DNA of 64,000 nucleotides from Planctomycetota bacterium (GCA_965222115.1 CBDCTJ010000007.1:704001-768000); one strand, 5' to 3'. Numbered from the stretch's first letter, positions 26,669 to 37,800 are shown. The notes: generated from the sequence alone by a model not told the origin. A program made the numbers and translations.

Positions 26669-28801
26669 ATGCGCGACCCGCTTGGCAAGATTCCGATTGC
26701 CTACAAGTTGCCCTTGGGGTTCTTGGTGGTGTGCTTGGTGGTATTTGGCGTGGGCGGCATCGTGCTCATGTCGTCGGCGCGAGGCGCCCTTGAGAAAGAG
26801 ATCGCGCAACGTGTTGGCGAGCGATCAAGCGCCGTCGCGCTCATCATCGAGCGGCACATCGACTTGCTCCGCCAGCGCGCGCGTGACTTTGCCAGTGACG
26901 GGTACATTCGCGAACAGTTTCAATCGCGCGAGACAAGTGATTCATCCAATGCTCGCCTGAGTCGTCACATCGCGGTAAACAAGTTGCCCCTCGTGCACAC
27001 GGTGTCGGGAATTGCGCTGTATGACGTCGAGGGCCGGGAGCGCGTCGCAATTCCGTCGTCATCGGTCGGCGACAGCACGCATGCACGCACAACGGAGACC
27101 GTCGTAGGGGGGCTCAAGCCCGCGTCACGTGAGCAAGCGTTTCCTACCTTTTCGGTTTCTACGCCGCTGTTTTCGCAAGCCGGGAGCCAACGGATTGGCA
27201 CCCTGCAGTTAATTGTGCGCGCCGATCACTGGGTGACATCCATCAAGGCGCTTGCAGCCATGCCGAGTATGCCGCTCACCTCCATGCGACTCTTTGATCC
27301 CGACGGCGATTCACTGCCGTTGATGGCAAACGAGCAGTCCGCCAACGAAACGGCGGGGCGTCCGATTGAGCGCGGGCTTTCGTCGGTGCCGTGGCGAATC
27401 GAACTTCGTGTCGACCACGATGACGTGATGGCTCCCGCGCGGCGACTCCGCAATCAATACCTCTTGATTGGACTCGGATTGCTTCTGGCAACGGCGGCGG
27501 TGTTGTTTTTCCCCTTGCGCTTTCTTCTGCGCCCGCTGCGAAGCGTGGCGGATGCGGCGCGACGTATGTCGGATGGAGACTTTGGTACGCGTGTGGACGT
27601 GGAAGGGGGTGACGAAATCGGCGAGCTGTCGCATGCGTTTAATGTCATGGCTGCAGCCGTTGACGATCGCACCAAGCAGTTGGAGGCGTCGGCCGCCGCC
27701 GTGCGCAAGCGCGAGCAAGACGTGCGTGTGGAGCGCGATCGCCTGGGTGCGGTGATTCACTCTATGAAGGATGGCCTCTTTATTCTTGATAGCGAAGGGC
27801 GCGTCACACTGGCCAACGCTGGCGCGCGGCCGTTGGTGGGCGCACTTGCCCACGACCGTATGGAACGACTGGAGTGTGCGCGCGAAGCGGCGGCGTCGGC
27901 GGGGTGTATGGCATGTCTTGCCGAACCCGATCACGGCCAACAGTCGTGTGTCGTCCAACACGAGGGACGAATCTACGACGTACACACCACCGCCCTTCCC
28001 GCGGCACCGGGTCGCGATGGGGGACGTCTATGCGTGAGTCGCGACGTCACCGAACGCATTCGCCAACAGGAGTCACAGGCGCACCAAGAGCGCATGGCGG
28101 TGTTGGGAGAAGTCGCGGCGGTGATGGCGCACGAGCTCAACAACCCGCTGGCGGCTATCTCGATGTTTAGTGAGATGTTGGAAGAACAGCTCCCTGTCGA
28201 GAGTGATTTGCGCGATAGTGCCTCGGTGATTCGCCGCAACGTCGCCACATGCAAGCGCACCATTCTTGCGTTGCTCGACTTGGCGGCCCGGGGACGGCCG
28301 GAACATGCCCCGTTTTCATTGGGTGATCTTGTGAACGACGCGATGACACTCTTGCGGCCCATCTACCAGCGTGCCGGCGTCACTGTTGGCGTATCGTCCG
28401 ACGTAGACGACACCACGTTGGTAGGCGATGAACTTCGGGTGCGCCAAGTCCTTGTCAACCTCATGATGAATGCAGTTCAGGCGTGTGCCGATGGCGGCGA
28501 GGTCCGCTTGCGGCTCTCTCAGCGCGAAGATCACTTGGTCGTGGACGTCCTTGATACCGGTACGGGCATTTCCCGCGGGGATCGCGAACGGATCTTTGAG
28601 CCTTTCTTCACGACCAAGGGCCCCGGGTCGGGTACGGGGCTCGGACTCTCGACTTCGAGGCGTATTGTGGAAGAGCACGGCGGTACGCTAACGTGCATGG
28701 ATGTAGAGCACGGTGCCCACTTTCGTATACGACTTCCGCGCAAGGCGTCGCAAGCCGCTTGGGAAGCGCGTGCGCGAGTTCAGGCGGAGGTTGCACCATG
28801 A
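26669..28801 (+). CDS. Membrane sensor histidine kinase (periplasmic domain, HAMP, Cys-rich PAS, HisKA, HATPase)
   Basis: Two TMs, HAMP (DEIGELSHAFNVM), H-box AHELNNPL, N-box QVLVNLMMNA, G boxes DTGTGI and GTGLGL, F-box FEPFFTTK. Confidence 0.95.
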   Translation: MRDPLGKIPIAYKLPLGFLVVCLVVFGVGGIVLMSSARGALEKEIAQRVGERSSAVALIIERHIDLLRQRARDFASDGYIREQFQSRETSDSSNARLSRHIAVNKLPLVHTVSGIALYDVEGRERVAIPSSSVGDSTHARTTETVVGGLKPASREQAFPTFSVSTPLFSQAGSQRIGTLQLIVRADHWVTSIKALAAMPSMPLTSMRLFDPDGDSLPLMANEQSANETAGRPIERGLSSVPWRIELRVDHDDVMAPARRLRNQYLLIGLGLLLATAAVLFFPLRFLLRPLRSVADAARRMSDGDFGTRVDVEGGDEIGELSHAFNVMAAAVDDRTKQLEASAAAVRKREQDVRVERDRLGAVIHSMKDGLFILDSEGRVTLANAGARPLVGALAHDRMERLECAREAAASAGCMACLAEPDHGQQSCVVQHEGRIYDVHTTALPAAPGRDGGRLCVSRDVTERIRQQESQAHQERMAVLGEVAAVMAHELNNPLAAISMFSEMLEEQLPVESDLRDSASVIRRNVATCKRTILALLDLAARGRPEHAPFSLGDLVNDAMTLLRPIYQRAGVTVGVSSDVDDTTLVGDELRVRQVLVNLMMNAVQACADGGEVRLRLSQREDHLVVDVLDTGTGISRGDRERIFEPFFTTKGPGSGTGLGLSTSRRIVEEHGGTLTCMDVEHGAHFRIRLPRKASQAAWEARARVQAEVAP

Positions 28802-30234
28802 CCGACGCCGCAACCCACACGCCAAGCACAAGTGAACGGCTCGCGCCCGGCCGTTGCCGCGTGTTGGTGGTCGATGATGAGACTGATGTACGCGTTGGCC
28901 TTCGCATGCTTGCGGCGTCAGTAGGCGCAGACGTACGCGACGCCGCGAGCGCCGAGGATGCGCTTGGCATTGTTGAGTCCTGGGAGCCCCATGTTGTGGT
29001 GTCTGACATCACGATGCCCGGGCTTTCGGGGCTGGACCTACTTGATGCGTTGCACGGAGCGCGCCCCCACATTCAAGTTGTATTGATTACGGGGTTTGGC
29101 ACGATTGAAATGGCGGTGTCGGCGATGCACCGCGGGGCGTCGCATTTCCTCACCAAGCCCTTTGAAAATGCAGACGTGCGCGCCGCGATCGTTCAATGTG
29201 GCCAGCAGGCGCTGCTCGCCGAAGAGATCCGCGCGTGCCGTGCAAATGCCGCAGCACAGGGATCGCATGAATTTGTCTCAGCCGATGCGCGTATGCAACC
29301 CGTGTTGGACAAGGTGGAGCAAGTCGCGCCCACCGGCATGAACGTTCTCATTTCCGGCGAGACGGGCGTGGGCAAAGAACTTGTGGCGCGCGCGGTCCAT
29401 GCCCGTAGCGCGGTTTCCGAAAAACCCTTCTTGGCCGTCAATACAGCGGCCCTGCCCGACGCATTGCTTGAAAGTGAACTTTTCGGCCACGTGCGCGGTT
29501 CGTTTACCGGTGCGGTAAAGGATCGCAAGGGGATCTTTGAGAAGGCAAAGGGTGGAACCGTCTTTCTTGACGAGATCGGACTCATGTCGCTGGGCTTCCA
29601 GGGCAAGTTGTTGCGCGTACTCCAAGAACGGACCGTGGTTCCCCTCGGCACGTCAACGGCGGTGCCCGTCTCGTTTCGCTTGGTGGCAGCCACTGCGCAA
29701 GACCTCAAAGCCCGCATTGCCTCTGGCGAGTTTCGCGAGGACCTCTATTACCGGCTTCACGTGGTGGGTATTGAGGTGCCGCCGTTGCGCGAGCGCCCGG
29801 AAGACATTGTGGCACTTGCCTCGCACTTTATGGCGAAGTACGCCGACCAGGTGCCAGCACTGAAAGGGCGCGCCCTCGCGCTCTCGGCGGAGGCGTTGTT
29901 GGTATTACGAAATCACGCGTGGCCGGGAAATGTCCGCGAACTTGAAAACTGTATTCAACGAGCATTGGTTGTCTCTGATGGCGGCGTCATCGAAGCGCAA
30001 CATTTGGGACTTGGCGCGACCCATGGGCTTCCGTCGCGCGAGGCATCGCCCGCCAGCTACGACGAGGCCAAGCAACAAGCTGTCAAGTCCTTTCAGCGTC
30101 AGTATGTCGAGCGCGCGTTGGCGCGCGCGGAAGGCAATGTGACGCGTGCGGCAGAAGCGTGCGGCATGACGCGCGCCGCCCTGCAGCGCATCATGCGCGC
30201 GCTAGAGATCGATCGCGCCTCGTTCACAAAGTAG
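28798..30234 (+). CDS. Sigma54-dependent response regulator (NtrC family)
   Basis: Receiver (VVDDE, SDITMP, FLTKP), GETGVGKE, GSFTGA, FLDEIG, WPGNVREL and Fis-type HTH. ATGA overlap with the kinase. Confidence 0.95.
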   Translation: MTDAATHTPSTSERLAPGRCRVLVVDDETDVRVGLRMLAASVGADVRDAASAEDALGIVESWEPHVVVSDITMPGLSGLDLLDALHGARPHIQVVLITGFGTIEMAVSAMHRGASHFLTKPFENADVRAAIVQCGQQALLAEEIRACRANAAAQGSHEFVSADARMQPVLDKVEQVAPTGMNVLISGETGVGKELVARAVHARSAVSEKPFLAVNTAALPDALLESELFGHVRGSFTGAVKDRKGIFEKAKGGTVFLDEIGLMSLGFQGKLLRVLQERTVVPLGTSTAVPVSFRLVAATAQDLKARIASGEFREDLYYRLHVVGIEVPPLRERPEDIVALASHFMAKYADQVPALKGRALALSAEALLVLRNHAWPGNVRELENCIQRALVVSDGGVIEAQHLGLGATHGLPSREASPASYDEAKQQAVKSFQRQYVERALARAEGNVTRAAEACGMTRAALQRIMRALEIDRASFTK

Positions 30235-30253
30235 GCCAGAACGAAAGCACCGT

Positions 30254-30270
30254 ACGGCACACCAGTTGCG
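30254..30270 (+). promoter_or_regulatory. Sigma54 (-24/-12) promoter upstream of the porin-narK operon
   Basis: ACGGCAC-ACCAG-TTGCG gives GG-N10-GC. It lies just upstream of the GGAGG RBS and ATG 30293, next to a sigma54 activator gene. Confidence 0.75.
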
Positions 30271-30292
30271 AATATGCACCTGGAGGTAGCTC

Positions 30293-31801
30293 ATGCAGTG
30301 CACGGTACATGGAAGGCTTAGGTTTTCTCGAACGCGTAACACGCTTCTCACACTTGTCATGTTGTTGGCAAGCGCCAGTTTCTTCGCGCCTGCGGCGACG
30401 GCCGGTCCAACGGATTGCGAGCCCTATCCGTGCTGTAAGGCAAAGAAGGCGGGCGATCCCCCGTGCCCTGCCGCATACCACAATATGCGGTTCATGGAGA
30501 ATTGGAGTCCGTGCCTGGCGAAGGACCGCTGCAGCTTTGGCGATTGGACAGATGCGCTCAAAGTCGTTCCCTTGAATTGCGACAAGTCGATCTGGGCAAG
30601 CTTTGGTGGACAGATACGCCTGCGCTACGAGTCCTTTGACAACATTGGCTTTGGCGCACCGGCAGATGCCAAGGACGCGTGGTTGCTCTTCCGTGCGCGT
30701 GCGCATGCCGACGTCCATTTCGGCAAGAACCTGCGCGTGTTCGTGGAGGGGATTTTCGCCGATCAGTTTGACGAGCGAGAGTTGGGACCGCGACCGATCG
30801 ATATCAACCGCGGTGACCTGCTAAACGCCTTCGCGGAAGTCAATACTGACTGGGGTTGCAGCGACACGATCGGTGCTTGGCTTGGCCGGCGCGAACTTCA
30901 ATTTGGCAAGCAGCGCCTTGTATCGCCCCTGGATTGGGCCAATACCCGCCGAACGTTTCAAGGCGGCGGCGTGTGGTGGAAACGCCCCGGTCACCGCGTT
31001 GATGCGTTCTATACCCGCCCCGTCACCATCGAAGACGAGTCCTTCGACGACGAGTGGAACGAAGACCGCGCCTTCTTTGGGGTCTACTACCAGAACACGA
31101 CCATGAACTGCGCCAACTGGGACCTCTACTTCTTGGGTCTTCAGCACGACATGACCACCATGCAAACCGAACAGGATCGCTACACGATCGGCGCGCGTGT
31201 TGGCGGGAAGGCCCCTGGTACACGCTTTGACTACGACGTGGAAGCGGCCTACCAGTTTGGTGAGCTTGGAAACGGCGACATTTCGGCGTGGATGGCATCG
31301 GCCACACTTGGCTATTCCCCGTGTCTTCCCTGTAGCACCTTGTCACCTCGATTCGCCATCGGACTTGACTATGCGTCGGGCGACGACGATGCCGCCGATC
31401 CCGACATCGGCACCTTCAATCAGCTGTTTCCACTCGGCCACGCCTACTTCGGGCACGCCGACGTATTGGGCCGACAGAATCTGCTTGCGGGGCGCGTGGA
31501 AGCTTCGATCAAGCCAGCGAAAAACCTCACGCTGCACGCGTGGTACCACATGTTCTGGCGCGCCGACGACAACGACGCCGTCTACAACGTGGGCGGAGGG
31601 GTCTTGCGCGCCGTTCCCGTGGGCGGCCTATCGGATACCGAGATCGGAAGCGAGCTCGATGTCCGCTTGCTCTACAAGATTGATCGTCACTGGACCGCAT
31701 TCGCCGAATGGGCCCATTTCTTCACCGGCGACTTCATCGACAACTCGGGGGCCCACAAAGACTTGGACGTGTTCTACATCGGCGTGCAGGGCACCTTCTA
31801 G
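30293..31801 (+). CDS. Alginate export (AlgE) family outer-membrane porin, probably for nitrate/nitrite
   Basis: Signal peptide, GGQIRLRYE, GRRELQFGKQRLVSPLDWANTRRTF, YASGD, TFNQLFPLGHAYFG and terminal Phe. Confidence 0.88.
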   Translation: MQCTVHGRLRFSRTRNTLLTLVMLLASASFFAPAATAGPTDCEPYPCCKAKKAGDPPCPAAYHNMRFMENWSPCLAKDRCSFGDWTDALKVVPLNCDKSIWASFGGQIRLRYESFDNIGFGAPADAKDAWLLFRARAHADVHFGKNLRVFVEGIFADQFDERELGPRPIDINRGDLLNAFAEVNTDWGCSDTIGAWLGRRELQFGKQRLVSPLDWANTRRTFQGGGVWWKRPGHRVDAFYTRPVTIEDESFDDEWNEDRAFFGVYYQNTTMNCANWDLYFLGLQHDMTTMQTEQDRYTIGARVGGKAPGTRFDYDVEAAYQFGELGNGDISAWMASATLGYSPCLPCSTLSPRFAIGLDYASGDDDAADPDIGTFNQLFPLGHAYFGHADVLGRQNLLAGRVEASIKPAKNLTLHAWYHMFWRADDNDAVYNVGGGVLRAVPVGGLSDTEIGSELDVRLLYKIDRHWTAFAEWAHFFTGDFIDNSGAHKDLDVFYIGVQGTF

Positions 31802-31894
31802 CGTTCGGCCTGCATTCTTCCGTATGCGGTCTTGCCTTGGGTGAGTACGGCATGCGGCACATGACGCTTTGCTTTCCCCTTCCGGAGTTTGTTG

Positions 31895-33715
31895 ATGGAC
31901 ATTCGCAACAAAGCCACGCGGATTGATCTCTTCTCGCTGCGCACGCCGCAGATGCGCGCGTTCCACATGTCGTGGTTCGCGTTTTTGCTCTGCTTCTTCG
32001 CCTGGTTCGGCATTGCGCCCCTCATGGTGCACGTACGTGACGAGTTTGGGCTGTCCAAGAAGCAGATTGGCAACACGATCATTGCGTCGGTGTCCATCAC
32101 CATCCTCGCACGTTTGTTCATTGGATGGCTCTGCGATCGCATCGGCCCGCGGAAGTCCTACACCTTGCTCCTGACGCTCGGCTCCCTGCCCGTCATGGGT
32201 ATTGGCTTGTCTCAAGGATACGAGTCGTTCTTGCTGTTTCGGCTCGGCATTGGAGTGATTGGCGCGTCCTTTGTGATCACGCAGTACCACACCTCGGTGA
32301 TGTTCGCGCCCAACTGTGTGGGTACAGCCAATGCGACGTCCGCAGGCTGGGGCAATCTTGGTGGGGGCGTCACCCAAATGGTGATGCCGCTTATCTTCGG
32401 GATGTTCGTCTACTTCGGCTTCAGTGATGCGTCGAGTTGGCGACTTTCAATGTTGGTGGCGGGGGGTATTTGCTTCCTCGTGGGCATCGCCTACTGGTTC
32501 TTCACCACCGATCTTCCCGACGGCAATTTCAAGGAGCTTCGTGCCAAGGGCGAGTATCGGTCCAAAGCGAAGACCAAGGGTGCCTTCGGCGAGGCCATTC
32601 GTGACAAGCGCGTGTGGGCGCTATTTGGCATTTATGCGGCGTGCTTCGGCATTGAACTCACGATCAACAACATGGCTGCGCTCTATTACCACGATCACTT
32701 CGGCCTCAATGCGACCACCGCCGGGCTCGTGGCGGGGCTCTTTGGCATCATGAACATCTTTGCCAGGACCCTTGGTGGATTTATCAGTGACCGATTTGTC
32801 ATGAAGGGCGGGCTTAGGGGTCGTGTGAAGTGGTTGTTTATCGCGCTGATCATCGAGGGGTTGGCGCTGTTGCTTTTCTCACGCATGAACGTGCTGCATT
32901 TCGCCATTCCCGTCATGATCGTCTTTAGCCTGTTTGTGCAGATGTCGGAAGGTGCCACGTTCTCGGTGGTTCCGTTCGTCAATAAGCGTGCCCTCGGCGC
33001 CGTCGCGGGCATTGTTGGCGCGGGCGGAAATATGGGTGCCGTCGCCGCCGGGTTCTTGTTGCGGGCCGAGGGCGTGTCGTATCAACAGGCGCTCTTGATC
33101 CTTGGGTGTTGCGTGTTGGTGCTTTCCCTCCTGACGCTCGTCGTTCGATTCAGTGCCGAACAAGAATCGGCCGCGCGCGAAGAGTTTGAAATGGCATTGG
33201 CGGCCCGTCGCGCCGAAGCCGCTCTGCGACCGGCTCGCGGTCCACTGGTTCCCGCCCTTGCACCAGCGATCGCCAAGATCCGACCCATGGATGCACTACG
33301 CATCTATGTTGGTATTGCCTTGATGATCAAAGGCATCTACTTCGTCACCGACTTCAACGCGCTTGAGGGTCAGTTGGATTCTATCGGGAAGGGTCTGGGT
33401 GCTTGGAAAGAGCTTGCGGCGTGGGGTGCGGCCGCAGCACATCTGGTGGGCGGCGCGGCCTTGGCGCTGGGCTTCTTCACGCGCGTTGCGGCCGGTGCCA
33501 ACGCATTGGTCGCCTTGGGTGCCGTATTTGCCTTCAGTAGTAAGAGTACGATCGGCGATTTGTTCCGAGGCAATGTCGAGTTCCAGCTTGTGGCGCTTGT
33601 CTTCTTCTTGCTGCTGCTACTGATTTGGCGTGGCTCGGGACCCTTCTCCTTGGATCGCGTACTCGGAACCGAACCGGCGCCTCCCGATGACGCGGCACTC
33701 GATTTGGGTGCGTGA
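31895..33715 (+). CDS. narK: NarK1/NRT2-type nitrate MFS transporter fused to a C-terminal DoxX-like domain
   Basis: Nitrate signatures SAGWGNLGGG and AGIVGAGGNMG, plus FARTLGG. The last ~140 aa carry DoxX motifs (ALRIYVG, GFFTR.AA, GSGPFSLD). Confidence 0.9.
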   Translation: MDIRNKATRIDLFSLRTPQMRAFHMSWFAFLLCFFAWFGIAPLMVHVRDEFGLSKKQIGNTIIASVSITILARLFIGWLCDRIGPRKSYTLLLTLGSLPVMGIGLSQGYESFLLFRLGIGVIGASFVITQYHTSVMFAPNCVGTANATSAGWGNLGGGVTQMVMPLIFGMFVYFGFSDASSWRLSMLVAGGICFLVGIAYWFFTTDLPDGNFKELRAKGEYRSKAKTKGAFGEAIRDKRVWALFGIYAACFGIELTINNMAALYYHDHFGLNATTAGLVAGLFGIMNIFARTLGGFISDRFVMKGGLRGRVKWLFIALIIEGLALLLFSRMNVLHFAIPVMIVFSLFVQMSEGATFSVVPFVNKRALGAVAGIVGAGGNMGAVAAGFLLRAEGVSYQQALLILGCCVLVLSLLTLVVRFSAEQESAAREEFEMALAARRAEAALRPARGPLVPALAPAIAKIRPMDALRIYVGIALMIKGIYFVTDFNALEGQLDSIGKGLGAWKELAAWGAAAAHLVGGAALALGFFTRVAAGANALVALGAVFAFSSKSTIGDLFRGNVEFQLVALVFFLLLLLIWRGSGPFSLDRVLGTEPAPPDDAALDLGA

Positions 33716-33876
33716 CGGACAAGGCACCTATCGAGAGTCGCTGCATACCGATGTAGGCGCCTACGAGATCGCAGCGAATGGCGCCTCCGTAAGTAAGCCA
33801 CTAAATGCACTGCATGACGCCGTATGCGGTTGACGAATCAACCAGCAATCGCGTAGCCAATACTTCACGTTTCAAA

Positions 33877-33902
33877 GGCACGCGTTTGGCACGACATTTC
33901 CT
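33877..33902 (+). promoter_or_regulatory. Possible sigma54 promoter upstream of cytochrome c-narGHJI
   Basis: Two overlapping imperfect candidates: GGCACGCGTTTGGC (GG-N10-GC) and TGGCACG-ACAT-TTCCT (one mismatch at -12). Confidence 0.45.
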
Positions 33903-33931
33903 TAGAAGCCCGTGGCTAGGAGGTCCTCACG

Positions 33932-34825
33932 GTGTCAACTCGTCCGGTGCAACTACTGAAGCTTACGTTTTTGTGCGTGGCGTGGACCGTTGCCGCAACC
34001 GACGCGCACGCGGTCGATCCCGCCACCGACTACAAACAGGTGTGCTCTAGCTGTCACACCATTGGCGGGGGGGCACGTACGGGCCCCGATTTGAAAGACG
34101 TGTCGAAGCGCAAAGACCGCGATTGGCTCGTGCGATTCATCGTTGACCCTACGGCCGTGCTCGACTCAGGCGACGAATATGCCGCCCAGTTGTTGACCGA
34201 ATCCCGCGGGGCGCGCATGCCCAACATCTCAGGCATGACCAAGAAGCGCGCGGAACTCCTGCTCGATCTCATCAACACCGAGTCGCAGCTTGAGAAGTCG
34301 CAATTTGCGGGCGTGCAGATTCCGGTGCGCCCCTTTACGAAGGAAGACGTTGAGCTGGGCCGCAAGTACTTCACCGGCGAAGAACGTCTCAAGAATGGCG
34401 GCGCCGCGTGTATCTCCTGCCATCACGTGGGCGGACTCGGCGGCTTTGGCGGCGGGCGTCTCGGTCCGGACCTCACCAAAGTGTCAGAGCGTCTCGGGGG
34501 TCGCGCGGCCTTTGCACCTTGGTTGAGCGCGCCCGCAACACCCACCATGTTGCCCACGTATCGCGACCATCCGATGGAGATGGACGAGATTTTGCCGCTG
34601 GTGGCGTTCTTCGAACACGCTGCGAAGACGCAACAAGAGGAGCCTGGGGCATCGTTGTTCTTGGTGCTCCTGATCGCGGCCATCGGTTGCGGCGCACTCC
34701 TCGCGCTCGCCGGTCGTCTTTGGAACTTCCGCTTCCGCGCCGTGCGGCGCCCGCTTGTTGAATCCAGCGCGTGGAAACACGCCAGCGCGCCCACCGCTGA
34801 ATCCGGGGAAGGAACCTCGTCATGA
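33932..34825 (+). CDS. Membrane-anchored di-heme cytochrome c (NarC-like)
   Basis: AGGAGG RBS and GTG start, signal peptide, CSSCH...GPDL and CISCH...GPDL, C-terminal TM, ATGA overlap with narG. Confidence 0.88.
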   Translation: MSTRPVQLLKLTFLCVAWTVAATDAHAVDPATDYKQVCSSCHTIGGGARTGPDLKDVSKRKDRDWLVRFIVDPTAVLDSGDEYAAQLLTESRGARMPNISGMTKKRAELLLDLINTESQLEKSQFAGVQIPVRPFTKEDVELGRKYFTGEERLKNGGAACISCHHVGGLGGFGGGRLGPDLTKVSERLGGRAAFAPWLSAPATPTMLPTYRDHPMEMDEILPLVAFFEHAAKTQQEEPGASLFLVLLIAAIGCGALLALAGRLWNFRFRAVRRPLVESSAWKHASAPTAESGEGTSS

Positions 34826-37800
34826 GCAAGAAAAAGGACCTGCCCTGGGTCAATGATGTCGTCAGCGCCAAGTCGCGCGGCTGGGAAGAGTTCTATCGCA
34901 ACCGTTGGCAGCACGACAAAGTCGTTCGCTCCACGCATGGCGTGAACTGCACCGGCGGCTGCACATGGATGATCCATGTGAAGGACGGCATTGTGACGTG
35001 GGAAATGCAGGGGCTTGATTATCCCAAGTTCTCTAGCGAGCTTCCGCCCTACGAGCCGCGTGGATGCCAGAGAGGCATTTCCTATTCCTGGTATCTCTAC
35101 AGCCCGCTGCGCGTGAAGTATCCCTACGTTCGTGGCGCACTGTTGGATCTTTGGAGAGAAGCCAAGGGCCATCACACCGACCCCGTGGATGCGTGGTCGT
35201 GGCTGGTAAGCGATCCGGAGCGGCGCAAGCGTTGGCAGCGTGCGCGCGGCAAGGGCGGCTTCCGTCGTGCCAAATGGGATGTGGCCTACGAGATCATGGC
35301 GGCGGCCAATGTGCACACGACCAAGACACACGGTCCCGATCGCATTGCCGGGTTCTCGCCGATCCCCGCCATGTCGATGATCAGTTACGCCTCGGGCGCG
35401 CGCATGTTGCAGTTGATGGGTGGCATTTCGTTGTCGTTCTACGACTGGTATTGCGACCTGCCCAACGCCTCACCCGAAACGTGGGGTGAGCAGACCGACG
35501 TCAATGAGAGTGCCGACTGGTTTAACGCCAAGTTGCTCGCCGTCATGGGCTCCAACCTCAATATGACGCGCACGCCCGACTGCCACTTCGCGGCCGAAGC
35601 GCGCCACAACGGCACCAAGATGTGGGTGTTCTCACCCGACTTTAGCCAGGTCTCCAAGTACGCCGACACCTGGATTGCGATCAACGCCGGTCAGGATGGC
35701 GCGTGGTGGATGGCGGTCAACCACGTGCTGCTCAAGGAGTTTCACCACGACCGGCAGGTGCCCTATTTCATTGACTACACCAAGCGCTATACCGACTCGC
35801 CCTTCTTGGTCGAACTCACGGAGAAGGACGGCGTGTGGGAAGCAGGTCAACTGCTGCGCGCCGGTCGCTTGTCCCGCTACGCCGACGAAGAGAACGGCGA
35901 GTGGAAGTTCCTTATGTGGGATGAGGACAAGGGCGATGTGCGCATGCCTAAGGGCACCATGGGCCACCGTTGGCAGTCCAAGAAGGGGCAGTGGAACCTC
36001 GAACTCAAGGACACGTTGACCGACGAAGAAATCGACCCCACGCTCACGTTCCTGGCAACCGGTGATGAAGTGTCCGTGCGCTTTGATGACTTTGCCGAGG
36101 GCGGGAGCGTTGAACGTGGTGTTCCCATCCGCCGCATTGAGCTCGCCGACGGCTCCACTGCCACCGTCACCACCGTCTACGACATCATGATGGCCCAGTA
36201 CGGCGTGTCGCGCGGTCTCGGCGGTGCGTATCCGACCGGCTACGACGATGCAGGCGCGGCCTACACCCCGGCGTGGAGCGAACGCTTTACGGGCATGGAC
36301 CGCAAGGACCTCATCAACTTTGCGCGCGAATGGGGCAGCACGGCGGAACACACAAACGGCAAGTGCACGATCATCATCGGCGCGGGGATCAACCACTGGT
36401 ACCACGCCAACTTGATGTACCGCGCGGGCATTCACGCGTTGTTGTTCTGCGGATGCGTGGGCGTGAACGGCGGTGGCTTGGCGCACTACGTGGGGCAGGA
36501 GAAGCTCGCGCCCATGGAGCCGTGGAGCGCCATGGCGTTTGGCAAGGACTGGTACCCCGGCGTGCGTTTGCAAAACGCGCCATCGTGGCACTACGTACAC
36601 ACCGATCAATGGCGCTACGAAAAGGAGTTTGCCGACTACCACACGGTGCCGGCCAATCAGCCCGAGAAGAGCCTCGCCAGGGGGCATACGATGGACGCGC
36701 AAGTGCGCGCTGTTCGTAATGGGTGGCTGCCCTTCTTCCCGCAGTTTGATAAGAGCCCGCTCAAGGTGGCGGAAAACGCCGTTGAGGCGGGCGCATCCAG
36801 CGATCAAGAAATCGTGGAACACGTCGTCCAGGAATTGAAATCAAAGAAGCTGAGCTTCGCCGTGGAAGATCCCGATGCAGAGGCCAACTGGCCGCGCGTG
36901 TGGTACATCTGGCGTGGCAATGCGCTCATGGCGTCGAGCAAGGGCCATGAGTATTTCCTCAATCACTACCTCGGCACCCACCACAACGACATCGCCAAGG
37001 ATCTTGCCAAAGACCACGTCAACGAGGTCAAGTGGCATGAGCACGCGCCCACCGGCAAGATGGATCTTGTCGTTGACCTTAACTTCCGCATGGATACCTC
37101 GGCGCTCTACTCCGACATCGTGTTGCCGGCCGCTACGTGGTACGAAAAGTCCGACCTCAACTCCACCGACATGCACAGCTTCATTCACCCCTTGTCGGCG
37201 GCGGTGCCCCCCGCATGGGAGTCCAAGAGCGACTGGGCCATCTTCCGCGGTCTCGCCAAGCGCTTTTCCGAAATGGCGGAGAAGCATTTCCCCGAGCCGG
37301 TGAAAGACGTCATGGCGTCGCCGTTGCTGCACGACACGCCCGCCGAGATTGCGCAACCTGACATCAAGGATTGGATCGACGGCGATATTGAGGCCATTCC
37401 TGGCAAGACCATGCCGGGGCTCAAAGTTGTTACGCGCGATTACAAGAATCTCTACAACCAGTTCATTTCGTTGGGACCGTTGGTTCGCGAGAACGGGCTT
37501 GGCGCGCACGGCACCCACTACAACTGCGAAGACTTCTACGACGAGATGGTGGCCACCTGGCCGGTCGAGCACTGGAATGGCAAGACCTACCCATCCCTCA
37601 AGGATGATCTGCAGGCGTGCAACGCTGTGCTCAACTTGGCGACGGTCACCAACGGTGAGCTTGCCTATCGCTCCTACAAAGACCTTGAAGTGAAGACCGG
37701 CTTGGATCTCATCGAGCTTGCTGCGCCCACGCGCGCGCTACGCACCGACTTTGAAGCCATTCAGGCCCGGCCGCAGCGACTAATCAACAGCCCCATGTGG

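Noticed and set aside
26405-26809. Short ORFs 26435..26656 (+) and 26405..26809 (-)
   Set aside because: They span the palindromic MITE and have no RBS or motifs.
31849-31872. Possible sigma54 promoter between the porin and narK1
   Set aside because: GG-to-GC spacing is 8 or 13 rather than 10.
33828-33843. Canonical FNR box
   Set aside because: Spacing is TTGA-N4-TCAA rather than N6. Kept only as an unassigned palindrome.
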